Shown here one piece after another: positions 51,042 through 62,800 of a stretch of 64,000 nucleotides of DNA (its first letter is position 1; every line of letters starts with the position of its first letter). A model generated the notes under the pieces. The model was given only the letters and a program-made list of their open reading frames with translations, did not search any database and was not told where the DNA came from. The position numbers were made by a program, and so were the translations under genes. This stretch comes from Mobula hypostoma (Eukaryota), in NCBI RefSeq assembly GCF_963921235.1, contig NC_086109.1:11718001-11782000 (forward strand), written 5' to 3'.

Positions 51042-51138
51042 CTATATTCTCATGGCCACTATACCCCAGAGAAGAAGAATGACAAAGAAGATCCAACGTA
51101 AAATGCTCCATATGAAATGGTATTTGGAATTATTTTTC
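51042..51138 (-). CDS. Gene B transmembrane exon with Arg and immediate stop (exon continues to a donor at 51028)
   Basis: ctctttcctcacag|G AAA..; (R)KNNSKYHFIWSILRWIFFVILLLWGIVAMRI then TAG; the phase 2 acceptor matches the stalk exon; CTG|GTAAGG donor 14 nt after the stop. Confidence 0.88.
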
Positions 51139-51234
51139 CTGTGAGGAAAGAGGCAGCTAGTTTAATCAAAAACATTTATGACATGTGTGAACCGATATTT
51201 GTATTTGATTGCAAGATAGTTGTGGTGTTAGTGA

Positions 51235-51333
51235 CCTGTTATGCTGTTGGCCTGTTATGTTGCAGGCCCTTTATGCTGTTGGCCTGTTACGTTGTAGGCT
51301 CATTATGCCGTTGGTTTGTTATTATGTTGTTGG
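51235..51333. repeat. 16-bp minisatellite (cctgttatgctgttgg), about 6 degenerate copies
   Basis: Directly visible about 100 bp from the TM exon acceptor. Confidence 0.75.
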
Positions 51334-52532
51334 TCAGTTATTTTATATTATATTTATTTTAACTTTTTTCATGCTCTAGAGCCTTACGGTTAACAAAGGG
51401 GTCCATGGACCCCAGGTTGGGAACCCCTAAGGTAGATGTAAAGGTCATGCAAAGAGTTAAACCATTTCAGTGGAAAATTACAAGTCAAACCCATTGGTTT
51501 GAGTACTGAGTCATACATATACCAGACTATTTAAGGCTGGCAGACTTCCTTCCCTATAGGACTTTGATAAACCAGATGTGTTTTCATGCAAAAAAATCGT
51601 TTTGATATTAGTTTATTTTCTATATCTATTTAAATAATGTAGTTAATTAAATAAGTATACATTTTCTATCTGATTTGCTGGAATTTGAACCCCTGATTTC
51701 CCAGATCAGTGATGCAATGTAATTACTGCCTTGCTTCCAAACCTCTGCTGCAGCCTATGTTGCACAGTGTAATAAACAGAAGGTCTGTGAGGTGAAATTG
51801 ACTCTTTCATGCTTTCTTTGTACAGAGTAACAGATAATGTTACCTTGTGACGTGATGGTGGAGCAGTTAGTGCTGGTACCTCCCATTTCCATGGGCCCAC
51901 ATTCAATCCTGAACTTGGGTGCTTTTTGTGCGGAGTTTCCATGTTGCCTTTCCCCAAATGATCTGGTTTCCTCCCATCACCAAAAGACTTACTGATTGGC
52001 AAACTGAACACTGTAAACTGCCCCTTAGTGTTGGTTAATGTTAAAAAGATTCAAAGGGAGTTGATAGACATTTGTGAGAGAGAATATGTAGCTGGGGTAC
52101 AGGGAAAGAGAGAGGGGACCAGATTGATGAGATTGCCTCCCTAGGAGTCAGCACGGATCTGAAGGGCCAAAAGTGTTGTCATAAGAATACCCTATCCACA
52201 TACATTAAATTAATTTTTAGGGACTGGTAAATTCCCAAAAGGCCATAGATCATTAAAGATAGGAGCAGAATAGGCCATTTGGCCTATCGGGTGTGCTCTG
52301 CCATTTGATCGTGCCCGTTTATTTATTTAGAGATACAGTGCAGACCAGCCCATTCCAGCCCAATAAGCTGAATCCGCCAGCAAACCACCTATTTAACTCG
52401 AGGATAATCACAGAACAACTTACAATGACCAATTAATCTAATAACCGGTACATCTTTGGAATGTGGGAGGAAACTGGAGCACCTGAGGAAACCCACACAG
52501 TCACGGGGAAATTGTACAAACTCCTTACAGCT

Positions 52533-53525
52533 GGTAACAACAGGAATTCTGCAGATGCTGGAAATTCAAGCAACACACATAAAAGTTGCTGGTGAACGCA
52601 GCAGGCCAGGCAACATCTCTAGGAAGAGGTGCAGTTGACGTTTCAGGCCGAGACCCTTCGTCAGGACTAACTGAAGGAAGAGTGAGTAAGGGATTTGAAA
52701 GTGGGAGGGGGAGGGGGAGATCCAAAATGATAGGAGAAGACAGGAGGGGGAGGGATGGAGCCAAGAGCTGGACAGGTGATAGGCAAAAGGGATACGAGAG
52801 GATCATGGGACAGGAGGTCCGGGAAGAAAGACAAGGGGGGGGGGACCCAGAGGATGGGCAAGGGGTATATTCAGAGGGACAGAGGGAGAAAAAGGAGAGT
52901 GAGAGAAAGAAGGTGTGTATAAAAATAAGTAACAGATGTGATACAAGGGGGAGGTGGGGCATTAGCGGAAGTTAGAGAAGTCGATGTTCATGCCATCAGG
53001 TTGGAGGCTACCCAGATGGAACATAAAGTGTTGTTCCTCCAACCTGAGTGTGGCTTCATCTTTACAGTAGAGGAGGCCGTGGATAGACATGTCAGAATGG
53101 GAATGGGATGTGGAATTAAAATGTGTGGCCACTGGGAGATCCTGCTTTCTCTGGCCAGCAGAGCGTAGATGTTCAGCAAAGCGGTCTCCCAGTCTGCATC
53201 GGGTCTCGCCAATATATAAAAGGCCACATCGGGAGCACCAGACGCAGTATATCACCCCAGCGGACTCACAGGTGAAGTGTTGCCTCACCTGGAAGGACTG
53301 TTTGGGGCCCTGAATGGTGGTAAGGGAGGAAGTGTAAGGGCATGGGTAGCACTTGTTCCGCTTACACAGATAAGTGCCAGGAGGGATCCCACCACTAAGC
53401 ACATCTTTCCCTCCCCCGCTCTCTCTGCATTCCGCAGGGATCGCTCCCTACGCAACTCCCTTGTCCATTCGTCCCCCCCCATCCCTCCCCACTGATCTCC
53501 CTCCTGGCACTTATCCGTGTAAGCG
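52533..53525 (-). mobile_element. Penelope-like element 3' part (GIY-YIG plus terminal repeat) with an inverted 5' segment (about 53386-53525)
   Basis: ORF 52962-53402 is GIY-YIG; 53386-53525 is the reverse complement of the sequence that continues colinearly in the 61-62 kb copy. Confidence 0.92.
52633..52668 (-). ncRNA. Minimal hammerhead ribozyme motif, intact core, one stem I mismatch
   Basis: Minus strand agtc-CTGACGA-agggtctcggcct-GAAA-C-GTC-aact. Confidence 0.68.
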
Positions 53526-54159
53526 TTTTATTTTGGGTTATGATAATTTTCCTTGTGGGTCGGGTATGGTACAAACAAATGAGCACAGTCACCTATTCAT
53601 CCTTTGTTGTTAGTTTATTTAGAGATAGAGACTGAGCAGGGTTTGGATATTTTTTGTTGACTGCCTAGTTGCTTATATCATTAATATTGTTTCTCGCTGT
53701 ATAAAATCGTTCGCCTTTGCTGGTTTCGTAATAAAGGATTGAACGTGCTTTTTTTGACTTGGAACACCGTTATTTGGAGGTGTGGCAATACAGTATTGAG
53801 TCGCTCAGTTAGTCTCTTGGCAATTTTGGTTTCCTTTTCAAGTAACCGCTACTGTCCCAATGACAGCAACGCGGGGATTTCCAAATTAAACTGTAGATCA
53901 TCTAAAACCAGCAAGCTGCACTAGTTTCATGGTTTAGTTTCAGCAAGCACTGGTAGTGTCTACATTATCCAAGCCCACTGCCAACATCGAGAGTGCCGAC
54001 TTACCATAGGGATTGAAACATCAAGTCCTAGTAGCTCTACTTATAACATTAGGGCATAGGCATCAGCAGGAGAAATTCAGCACATTGATTCCCTAGCACC
54101 CATTTTACACTTTTGCATGATCAATAATATTCATCTGACTCTGAAATGGTTTAAAATAA

Positions 54160-54960
54160 ATCTTCAATTTCCTAATGCAGATGACACCACTGCTGGTAAA
54201 ATCCCAGATGATGACAAGGAGGCATACAAGATTGAGAAAGATTTGATGGCTGAGTGGTGTTGTAACAACTTTGCACTCAATGTCAATAAAACCAAGGAAT
54301 TAATTGTGGACTTTAGGAAACGGAGCATTGGGAGAACACATACCAATCCACATTGAGGAGACGAGTAGTGGTGGAAAGAGTGAGCAGCCTCTAGTTTCTG
54401 GATGTCAACATCTCCTGGCTTCTATCCTGCGCATAACACGTTAATGTGACTACAAAGAAGGCTCTCCTTCATTAGGAGTTTGAGCATATCAACAAAGATT
54501 TGCTAATTTGTATAGATGTAAAGCGGAGATCATTCTGACTGGTTGCATTACACCCGGGTATAGAGGCTTCAATGCACAAGATCGCAAAAGGCTGGAGAGG
54601 GTTGTAGACTCAACTAGCTCAATGGCAGACACAACCTTCCCCACCATCAAGGGCATGTTCAGGAGGTGGCGTGTTGAGAAAGTGGCATCCTTTATTAAGA
54701 TCACTCACCATCAGGGACATGGTCTTTTCTCATTTCTACCATCAAGGAGAAGTTACAGGAACGTGAAGATCTACACTCAGTGATTTAGGAACAGCTTCTT
54801 CCATTCGTCATCAGAGTTCTGAACAGTCCATGATCCTAAGAATACTACCTCATTGTTCCTTTTATTTGCGCAATTTATTTATTTTGTAAATTATATTAAT
54901 TTTAAGTCTTTGCTCTATTCTGCTGCTGCAAAGCAACAGATTTTACATCACACAAGGCAG
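54160..54960 (+). mobile_element. Rex1/Babar-like LINE RT C-terminus and 3' end
   Basis: ADDTT..WCCNNFALNVNKTKELIVDFRK; ORF 54508-54783. Confidence 0.8.
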
Positions 54961-55119
54961 TGATAATAATCCTTATTTGGAGTCTGATTTTGACCTGTAG
55001 ATCCTCAAAGAATCATTAATCATCCCATGCACAGCAGTAAAATATTATTCATCGTTACAGTTGTGCAGATATAGAGCAAGTGCTTATAAGGTATAATTTT
55101 ATAAAGATTTTGCTTTTAC

Positions 55120-55171
55120 CTGATTTCCTGCGCTGATAAGTTATCTGTGACTGGAGGAAGTAACTGATGAC
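55120..55171 (-). CDS. Gene B stalk exon (52 nt, phase 1 to 2)
   Basis: tttccctcatttttaacag|GT CAT..ATC AG|GTAAAA; (S)HQLLPPVTDNLSAQEI(R); identical length and phases to gene A exon 3. Confidence 0.86.
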
Positions 55172-55529
55172 CTGTTAAAAATGAGGGAAATATCTGTTAG
55201 GTGGTTGTGCAGGTAAATGTTCATTATAATCCATGCCATTTACTTTGCACTAAGCAAGTACTGTATATAAAATATAATGGCATGAAATTAATATCAACAG
55301 GATATAGTTTAATTGCTTAATAGATTTTTATTTATTTTTTAGAATAGTACAGCACATGAAAGGGCCCTTCATTCCTTTGTTTCTGTGCTATGGTGCCAAA
55401 TGAAAGAACTTGCATCTTCCACGCACATGATCCATATTCCTCCCTTCCTTTCATGTTTATATGTCTGTCTAAATGCCTCTTAAATATCGCTCTCATGTTA
55501 TGGGTGGCAGGGTGGAAACATGTCTCCAC

Positions 55530-55855
55530 CAGAGGTGGTGTAAGATGCTCCTTCCCTCCGCTAGCCTGCAGGTCACCCTTGGGCAAGGTGTAGCACCTGC
55601 TTAGCCCCCTGATCAGCATCACGTGAAGCCATGGGAGCAGGCAGTGGATGGTCATATGAGCAGCTGGTGCATATCACAAGCCCTGGTTATGTGACCACTG
55701 ACGACAGGCAGACAATCGCTGAAGAGCTTTGTAAAGACACTGCCCAGAAGAAGACAATGGCAAACCACTTCTGTAGGAAAATTTGCCAAGAACAATTGTG
55801 GTCATGGAAGGACCATGATCGCCTCTGTCTTACAACACGACACGTAATAAACAAA
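55530..55855 (+). mobile_element. RTE-related SINE or LINE 5' fragment
   Basis: gggcaaggtgtagcacctgct..gacaatggcaaaccacttctgtag..ggaccatgatcgcc resembles RTE 5' UTR-derived SINEs, recognised from memory only. Confidence 0.5.
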
Positions 55856-56934
55856 CGAATAATGTCTGCTTGTACAACCACCTCTCACAGCATAAGTGGA
55901 TATGAGCTATAACCTGAGAATGGACAGATTTGAATTGTTTTCTCTGGATCACCGAAAGCTGAGGGGAGATCTGATCGTTTATAGAATTATGGGAAACATA
56001 GATAGGGTAGATAGAGTCTCTCCCAGGAGAGAAATGTCAAATAGTAGAAGGCATAGCTTTAAGACTAAAGGGAGAAAGTTTAGGGGAGATGTACAGGGTG
56101 AGCTTTATTTTACCCAGATGCTAGGTGCCTCTCTTATAGCTCATATCCACTTATGCTGTCAGCATCATGGTGTACTTCCCAGACACCCTCTCCAAATCTT
56201 CTCCACCGTTAATGTTATGGGACAACCAGAACCGAACACTAACTCCAAATGTGGCCTGACCAAACTTTCATACAGCTGCAACATGATTTCTTGAATTTTA
56301 TACCCAATACCCCAGCTGCTAAAGGCAAGCATGCCAAATGCCTTACTTACCGCCCTGTTTATTTATTTTTATTTAGAGATACAGCATGGAATAGGTTCTT
56401 TTGGCCCTTTGAGCTGCACCGCCCAGCAACCCCCGACAACTCCAATTTAACCATAACCTGATCACAGGACTAGTTACAATGACCAATTAACCTACTAACC
56501 AGTACATGTTTGGACTGTGGGAGGAATCTGGGAGGTCTGGAGAAAACCCACAAAAAGTGTCCTTACAGAAGACCCTGGGATCAAACTCTGAATTCTGACA
56601 CCCCAGGCTGTAATATCGTCGTGCTAACTGCTACGTTGCTGTGGTGTCTTTTGATGTTGCCACTTTCAAGAGCAATGGATTTGACCTTAAGATCCCACTG
56701 TGCATCAATGGTCTTAAGGTCCTGCCATTCTCTCAGTACTTTCCCTTTATGTTTGCCCTCCGCAAATGCAACACCTTACACTTTTCAAATTAAATATGAA
56801 CTGCCCTTTCTCTGCCCATATCTACAGTGCAATTCTGTTGAAAGCTTTAAACAATTTAGCAAATTATGCATTAAGCCATACAGCAGTCTATGCAAAAAAA
56901 CATTAATAATTACAGAAGTATATTCAAGCCTTAC

Positions 56935-57267
56935 TTTCAAAGATGTCCAGTTTTACAGGAATATGCAGGTCCATCAAAAATCCGGTAATTCCACACCAAT
57001 ACATGTCTTGATCATTCAGAGTTAGCTGGTCCATGGTGACTGTAAACTCCCCGGCTCTTTTATCATCTTTAATGCTTATCCTGCCTTCAGAGATTGTCTT
57101 CTCAGAGCCTTGAGTTTTTACCAGAATGGTACAGGCTGACCTATTCTTGCCTTTGCACCAGTATTTCTGATAGTTGCGGAAAAACATGCGGTAGGTACAG
57201 GTAATCTGGACTGATTCTCCCTCATTTCCATTTACTACTTGTGGTCCTCTTAGAGTAGCATTTGCAA
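56935..57267 (-). CDS. Gene B Ig V-set exon of CD300/pIgR (CMRF35-like) type
   Basis: tgaacag|TT GCA..GAA A|GTAAGG, 333 nt, phase 1-1; xANATLRGPQVVNGNEGESVQITCTYRMFFRNYQKYWCKGKNRSAC..DQDMYWCGITGFLMDLHIPVKLDIFE. Confidence 0.95.
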
Positions 57268-58860
57268 CTGTTCAATGTGAACATATAATGAACATGTTAA
57301 AGCATAAAAATTGCAACAGATTAATAACTCAGTGGCACATGCAAAATTCTGGAGTAACTTATCAGGTCAGGCAGCATCAATGGAGGGGAATAAACAGCCT
57401 ACATTTTGTGCTGATTTCTCTAACATCTGGTAATTACCACCCCACCCTTATTTCCCCCATTTTTCATTCATTGTTCTGGTTACCCATTCATCCCTTCACT
57501 TCTCCTCTCCCACCCTCATTACCTGCCCATCACTTCCTTGTGGTTCCCCACCTCCTCCCCTTTATTCCATGATCCACTGATCTCTTCTTCAGCCCTTTAC
57601 CTTTCCCCTCCTCATCTCCCAGCTTCTCCACCTCCCCCACCTATCCCTTCACATCGTTTCCTCTATCACCTACCAGCTTGTACGCCTCCCACTCCTCCCG
57701 CGATCTTACTCTTGTTTCTGCCCCGTTCCTTTCCAGTCCTGATGAAAGGTCTCAGCCTGAAATGTCAACTGTTTATTTCCCTGCACAGAAGCTGCCTGAC
57801 CTGCTAATTTCCTCCAGCACTTTGTGCGTGTTGCTCAAGATTTCCAGCAACTTCAGAACCTCTTCCGTCTAATAACTCCAAGTGTTCACTTGAGAACTTA
57901 AGATCATTTGAAATTATGGTCCTTGTGTCCTAACTCGCACCAAGCTCCAATTAGCTGACATCTTTGCAATTGCTGATCTTTTCTATTAAACAGAATCTTC
58001 GAAGTACTCATCCTTGCTTTCGTTTTACTGCATTATCTTGCCTTGTTCTCATCTCCAGAATCTCAAGCCCTTTAACAACCCAGATCTCTGCACTCCTCCA
58101 AATACAGCCTCTCGACCCCTCTAATACTTGCAGGCATGCCTTCAACCTTTTGCCCTTCTACTCCTCTCCAACTCGCTCCCCTTTTAAGCTCTCCATAAGA
58201 CCCCCTTGCCCACACCTTGCTCGTTTACCTAACGCCTTATCAGCAGAGGAAAATCAAGCAAAAAAAAGAAGCACTGTAATGATGGAATTCTGAAATATAA
58301 ATGGGAAGTTCTGGAACCACTCTGCTGGTCAGCAGGTGTCAGTGGACAATGAAGCAGTTAACACGTCAGGCTCTACCCCAGTAGGAACACACAAAACACT
58401 GGAGGGACTCAACACCTCAGGCAGTATCTAAGGAGGATAATGGACAGTTGAGATTTCAGGACACAAAATGTTCCTATGGCATTTTGTGTATTGCCCTCTC
58501 TTGTGTCCATGCTGGAGGTGTCTGACAAAAGACCTAGAAGCTAAAACTTTAATGTTCATTCTTTCCACAGATACTACCTGACCAACTGAGCAAAATGGAT
58601 TCCTGCTTTCACTTCTTACATCTCATCCCATAGCTTTGTGTCAGCATCTTGGCTGTTAAGTCTTGTGAGGTGCCTCATGGTGCTTTCTACGTTAAGAGTG
58701 CTATACAAATAAAAAAATCCATTTTAGGACTGGTTATTACCCCTGGAACATCAGGGACTTGAATCAGAGAGGATAACTTCACACATCCCATCACTGAACT
58801 AATTCCACAATCGATGGATTCAGTTTTAAGGATTCTACTGGTCTTGATATTTATTGCTTA

Positions 58861-59811
58861 TTTATTATTATTACAAAAACACTTTTTTCTTAGCTCAAGC
58901 TGGTAAAACCTGAGGTGCAGGCAGAGCTAAGCACACTCATTTCACAATTGTTAGGAACTTTCGGACTATTCTAGTGCTGGTTAGTATTGTGCCTTTCTGA
59001 AGATTTATATAGAAATTGCTGTGTAGCCCTAATTGTGTAATGTTATTGTGTTGTGCATTTGGGATGATAGCAGTTGTAGACATTGCTATCAGGACAATGT
59101 ATACCCTGTTCATGTTCAAAAGTCTTGACTTTCAATTTCCTCTTTTAATTGAACATATTTCTGGTGTTTTTCACTTATTGATTTCTGTAGGTAATATGTG
59201 TTTGGAATGGCTAATTCTATTAAGCAGGTTGTTCTTTCTTGTTTATCCTGTATTGTTATGGATTGTCCTATCTGTAATAATGGATCAGTTGTAATATAAT
59301 TTGTGGTATTCTGACCCGAAAGCTCGATCATGATTGTATTTATCGTAAGGTATGATTTTTTTGTGTTTGTACTTTAAAGCAAGATTTTGATGAATGATAT
59401 TTGCTACTTGATTGTGCCTGTGTAAGTAATCAGATTGAATTAAACTGCTACAGGATCCTGTAACGTGTTGGATTGTTTATTGTTTTTCTCGTCATTTTCT
59501 ACATTTATCATCTTGAATTTGTTAGTCTTTTATCATGTAATTTTGATTTTTTTTTGAGTGTGTTAACCACCTGGTCCTATATTACCACAAGGAATCCTTT
59601 TGTTTCGGGGAAGAGGTCCCCAATTCTGAGCCAGGCGTTCAACGCTTCCTTGTCGACATCTGATCTGCAAGGATCATGGGAATGTCTTCCATGAAGGGTC
59701 ATGCTCCACCATTGGTTAACTTTTTCTTCAACAATGATAATTTGTTCATTTTCCTGGGTTATGGTCTCATTTAAGTTTAGTGGTGTGTACTTCTTATCAG
59801 AATTGTATATG
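58861..59811 (-). mobile_element. R4/Dong-like non-LTR retrotransposon 3' part (restriction-like endonuclease)
   Basis: TLHGRH..VDKEALNAWLRIGDLFPETKGFLV; QDKQERTTCLIELAIPNT..EKHQKY (RLE); ..TILTSTRIVRKFL; (aat)n tail near 58861. Confidence 0.82.
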
Positions 59812-62800
59812 TCGGTATTTCAGTGGAGTAAAGGAAATTATAGTGGCATGAGAGAGGAACTCGTGAAAGTTGACTGGAAAGGGACACTGGCGGGAAGGAC
59901 AGCAGAGCAGCAGTGACTGGAGTTTATACGAGAAGTGAGGAAGGTGCAAGATAGGTATATTGCAAAAAAGAAGAAATTTTTGAATGGAAAAAGGATGCAA
60001 CCGTGGTTGACAAGAGAAGTCAAAGCAAAAGTTAAAGCAAAGGAGAGGGCATACAAGGAAGCAAAAATTAGTGGGAAGACAGAGGACTGGGAAGTTTTTA
60101 AAAGCTTACAAAAGGAAACTAAGAAGCTCGTGAAGAGGGAAAAGATTATGAAAGGAAGCTAGCAAATAATATCAGAGGATACTAAAAGCTTTTTCAAGTA
60201 TATAAAGAGTAAAAGACAGGTGAGAGTAGATATAGGACCGATAGAAAATGATGCTGGAGAAATTGTAATGGGAGATGAGGAGATGGTAGAGGAACTGAAC
60301 GAGTATTTTGCATCAGTCTTCAGTGAGGAAGACATCAGCAGTATACCGGACACTCAAGGGTGGCAGGGAAGAGAAGTGTGCGCAGTCACAATTACGATAG
60401 AGAAAGTACTCAGGAAACTGAATAGTCTAAGGGTTGATAAATCTCCCGGACCAGATAGAATGCACCCTTGTGTTCTGAAGAAAGTAGCTGTGGAGATTGC
60501 GGAGGCATCAGCGATGATCTTTCAAAAGTCGATAGATTCTGGTATGGTTCCGGAAGACTGGAAGATTGCAAATGTCACTCCGCTATTTAAGAATGGGACA
60601 AGGAAGCAAAAAGGAAATTATAGACCTGTTAGCTTGACATCGGTGGTTGGGAAGTTGTTGGAGTCGATTGTCAAGGATGAGGTTACGGAGTACCTGGAGG
60701 CATATGACAAGATAGGCAGAACTCAGCATGGTTTCCTTAAAGGAAAATCCTGCCTGACAAACCTATTACAATTTTTTGAGGAAATCACAAGTAGGCTAGA
60801 CAAGGGAGATGTTGTGGATGTTGTATATTTGGATTTTCAGAAGGCCTTTGACAAGGTGCCACATATGAGGCTGCTTTACAAGATAAGAGCCCATGAAATT
60901 ACGGAAAAGTTACATACGTGGATAGGGTGTTGGCTGATTGGCAGGAAGCAGTGAGTGGGAATAAAGGTATCCTATTCTATTTGGCTGCCGGTTACCAGTG
61001 GTGTTCCACAGGGGTCCGTGTTGGGGCCACTTCTTTTTACGTTGTATTCAACGATTTGGATTATGGAATAAACAACAGGAATTCTGCAGATGCTGGAAAT
61101 TCAAGCAACACACATCAACGTTGCTGGTGAACGCAGCAGGCCAGGCAGCATCTCTAGGAAGAGGTGCAGTCGACGTTTCAGGCCAAGACCCTTTGTCAGG
61201 ACTAACTGAAGGAAGAGTGAGTAAGGGATTTGAAAGTTGGAGGGGGAGGGGGAGATCCAAAATGATAGGAGAAGACAGGAGGGGGAAGGATGGAGCCAAA
61301 AGCTGGACAGGTGATTGGCAAAAGGGATACGAGAGGATCATGGGACAGGAGGTCTGGGAAGAAAGACAAGGGGGGGGGGGATCCCAGAGGATGGGCAAGG
61401 GGTATATTCAGAGGGACAGAGGGAGAAAAAGGAGAGTGAGCGAAAGAATGTGTGTATAAATATAAGTAACAGATGGGGTACGAGGGGGAGGTGGGGCATT
61501 AGAGGAAGTTAGAGAAGTCGATGTTCATGCCATCAGGTTGGAGGCTACCCAGATGGAATATAAGGTGTTGTTCCTCCAACCTGAGTGTGGCTTCATCTTT
61601 ACAGTAGAGGAGGCCGTGGATAGACATGTCAGAATGGGAATGGGATGTGGAATTAAAATGTGTGGCCACTGGGAGATCCTGCTTTCTCTGGCGGACAGAG
61701 CATAGATGTTCAGCAAAGCGGTCTCCCAGTCTGCGTCGGGTCTCGCCAATATATAAAAGGCCACATCGGGAGCATCGGACGCAGTATATCACCCCAGCCG
61801 ACTCACAGGTGAGGTGTCGCCTCACCTGGAAGGACTGTTTGGGGCCCTGAATGGTGGTGAGGGAGGAAGTGTAAGGGCATGGGTAGCACTTGTTCCGCTT
61901 ACACGGATAAGTGCCAGGAGGGAGATCAGTGGGGAGGGATGGGGGGGACGAATGGACAAGGGAGTCGCGTAGGGAGCGATCCCTGTGGAAAGCAGAGGGG
62001 GGGGGGAGGGAAAGGTGTGCTTAGTGGTGGGATCCCGTTGGAGGTGGCGGAAGTTACGGAGAATAATATGTTGGACCCGGAGGCTGGTGGGGTGGTAGGT
62101 GAGGACCAGGGGAACCCTATTCCTAGTGGGGTGGCGGGAGGATGGAGTGAGAGCAGATGTACGTGAAATGGGAGAGATGCGTTTAAGAGCAGAGTTGATA
62201 GTGGAGGAAGGGAAGCCCCTTTCTTTAAAAAAGGAGGACATCTCCCTCATCCTAGAATGAAAAGCCTCATCCTGAGAGCAGATGCGCGGAGACGGAGGAA
62301 TTGCGAGAAGGGGATGGCGTTTTTGCAAGAGACAGGGTGAGAAGAGGAATAGTCCAGATAGCTGTGAGAGTCAGTAGGCTTATAGTAGACATCAGTGGAT
62401 AAGCTGTCTCCAGAGACAGAGACAGAAAGATCTAGAAAGGGGAGGGAGGTGTCGGAAATGGACCAGGTAAACTTGAGGGCAGGGTGAAAGTTGGAGGCAA
62501 AGTTAATAAAGTCAACGAGCTCTGCATGCGTGCAGGAAGCAGCGCCAATGCAGTCGTCGATGTAGCGACGGAAAAGTGGGGGACAGATACCAGAATAGGC
62601 ACGGAACATAGATTGTTCCACAAAGCCAACGAAAAGGCAGGCATAGCTAGGACCCATACGGGTGCCCATAGCTACACCTTTAGTTTGGAGGAAGTGGGAG
62701 GATTATGGAATAGATGGCTTTGTGGCTAAGTTTGCTGATGATACGAAGATAGGTGGAGGGGCCGGTAGTGCTGAGGAAACAGAGTCTGCAGAGAGACTTG

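Noticed and set aside
33797-57267. One multi-Ig pIgR-like gene using both Ig exons
   Set aside because: A stalk, a TM with stop and a poly(A) signal, plus a separate leader exon, lie between the two Ig exons.
58226-58290. Gene B leader exon (IITVLLFFA.., donor GTAAAC)
   Set aside because: No ATG, an in-frame TGA, and overlap with a degenerate repeat.
61168-61203. Functional hammerhead in the longest Penelope copy
   Set aside because: The core reads CTGACAA (G8 to A), which should abolish catalysis.
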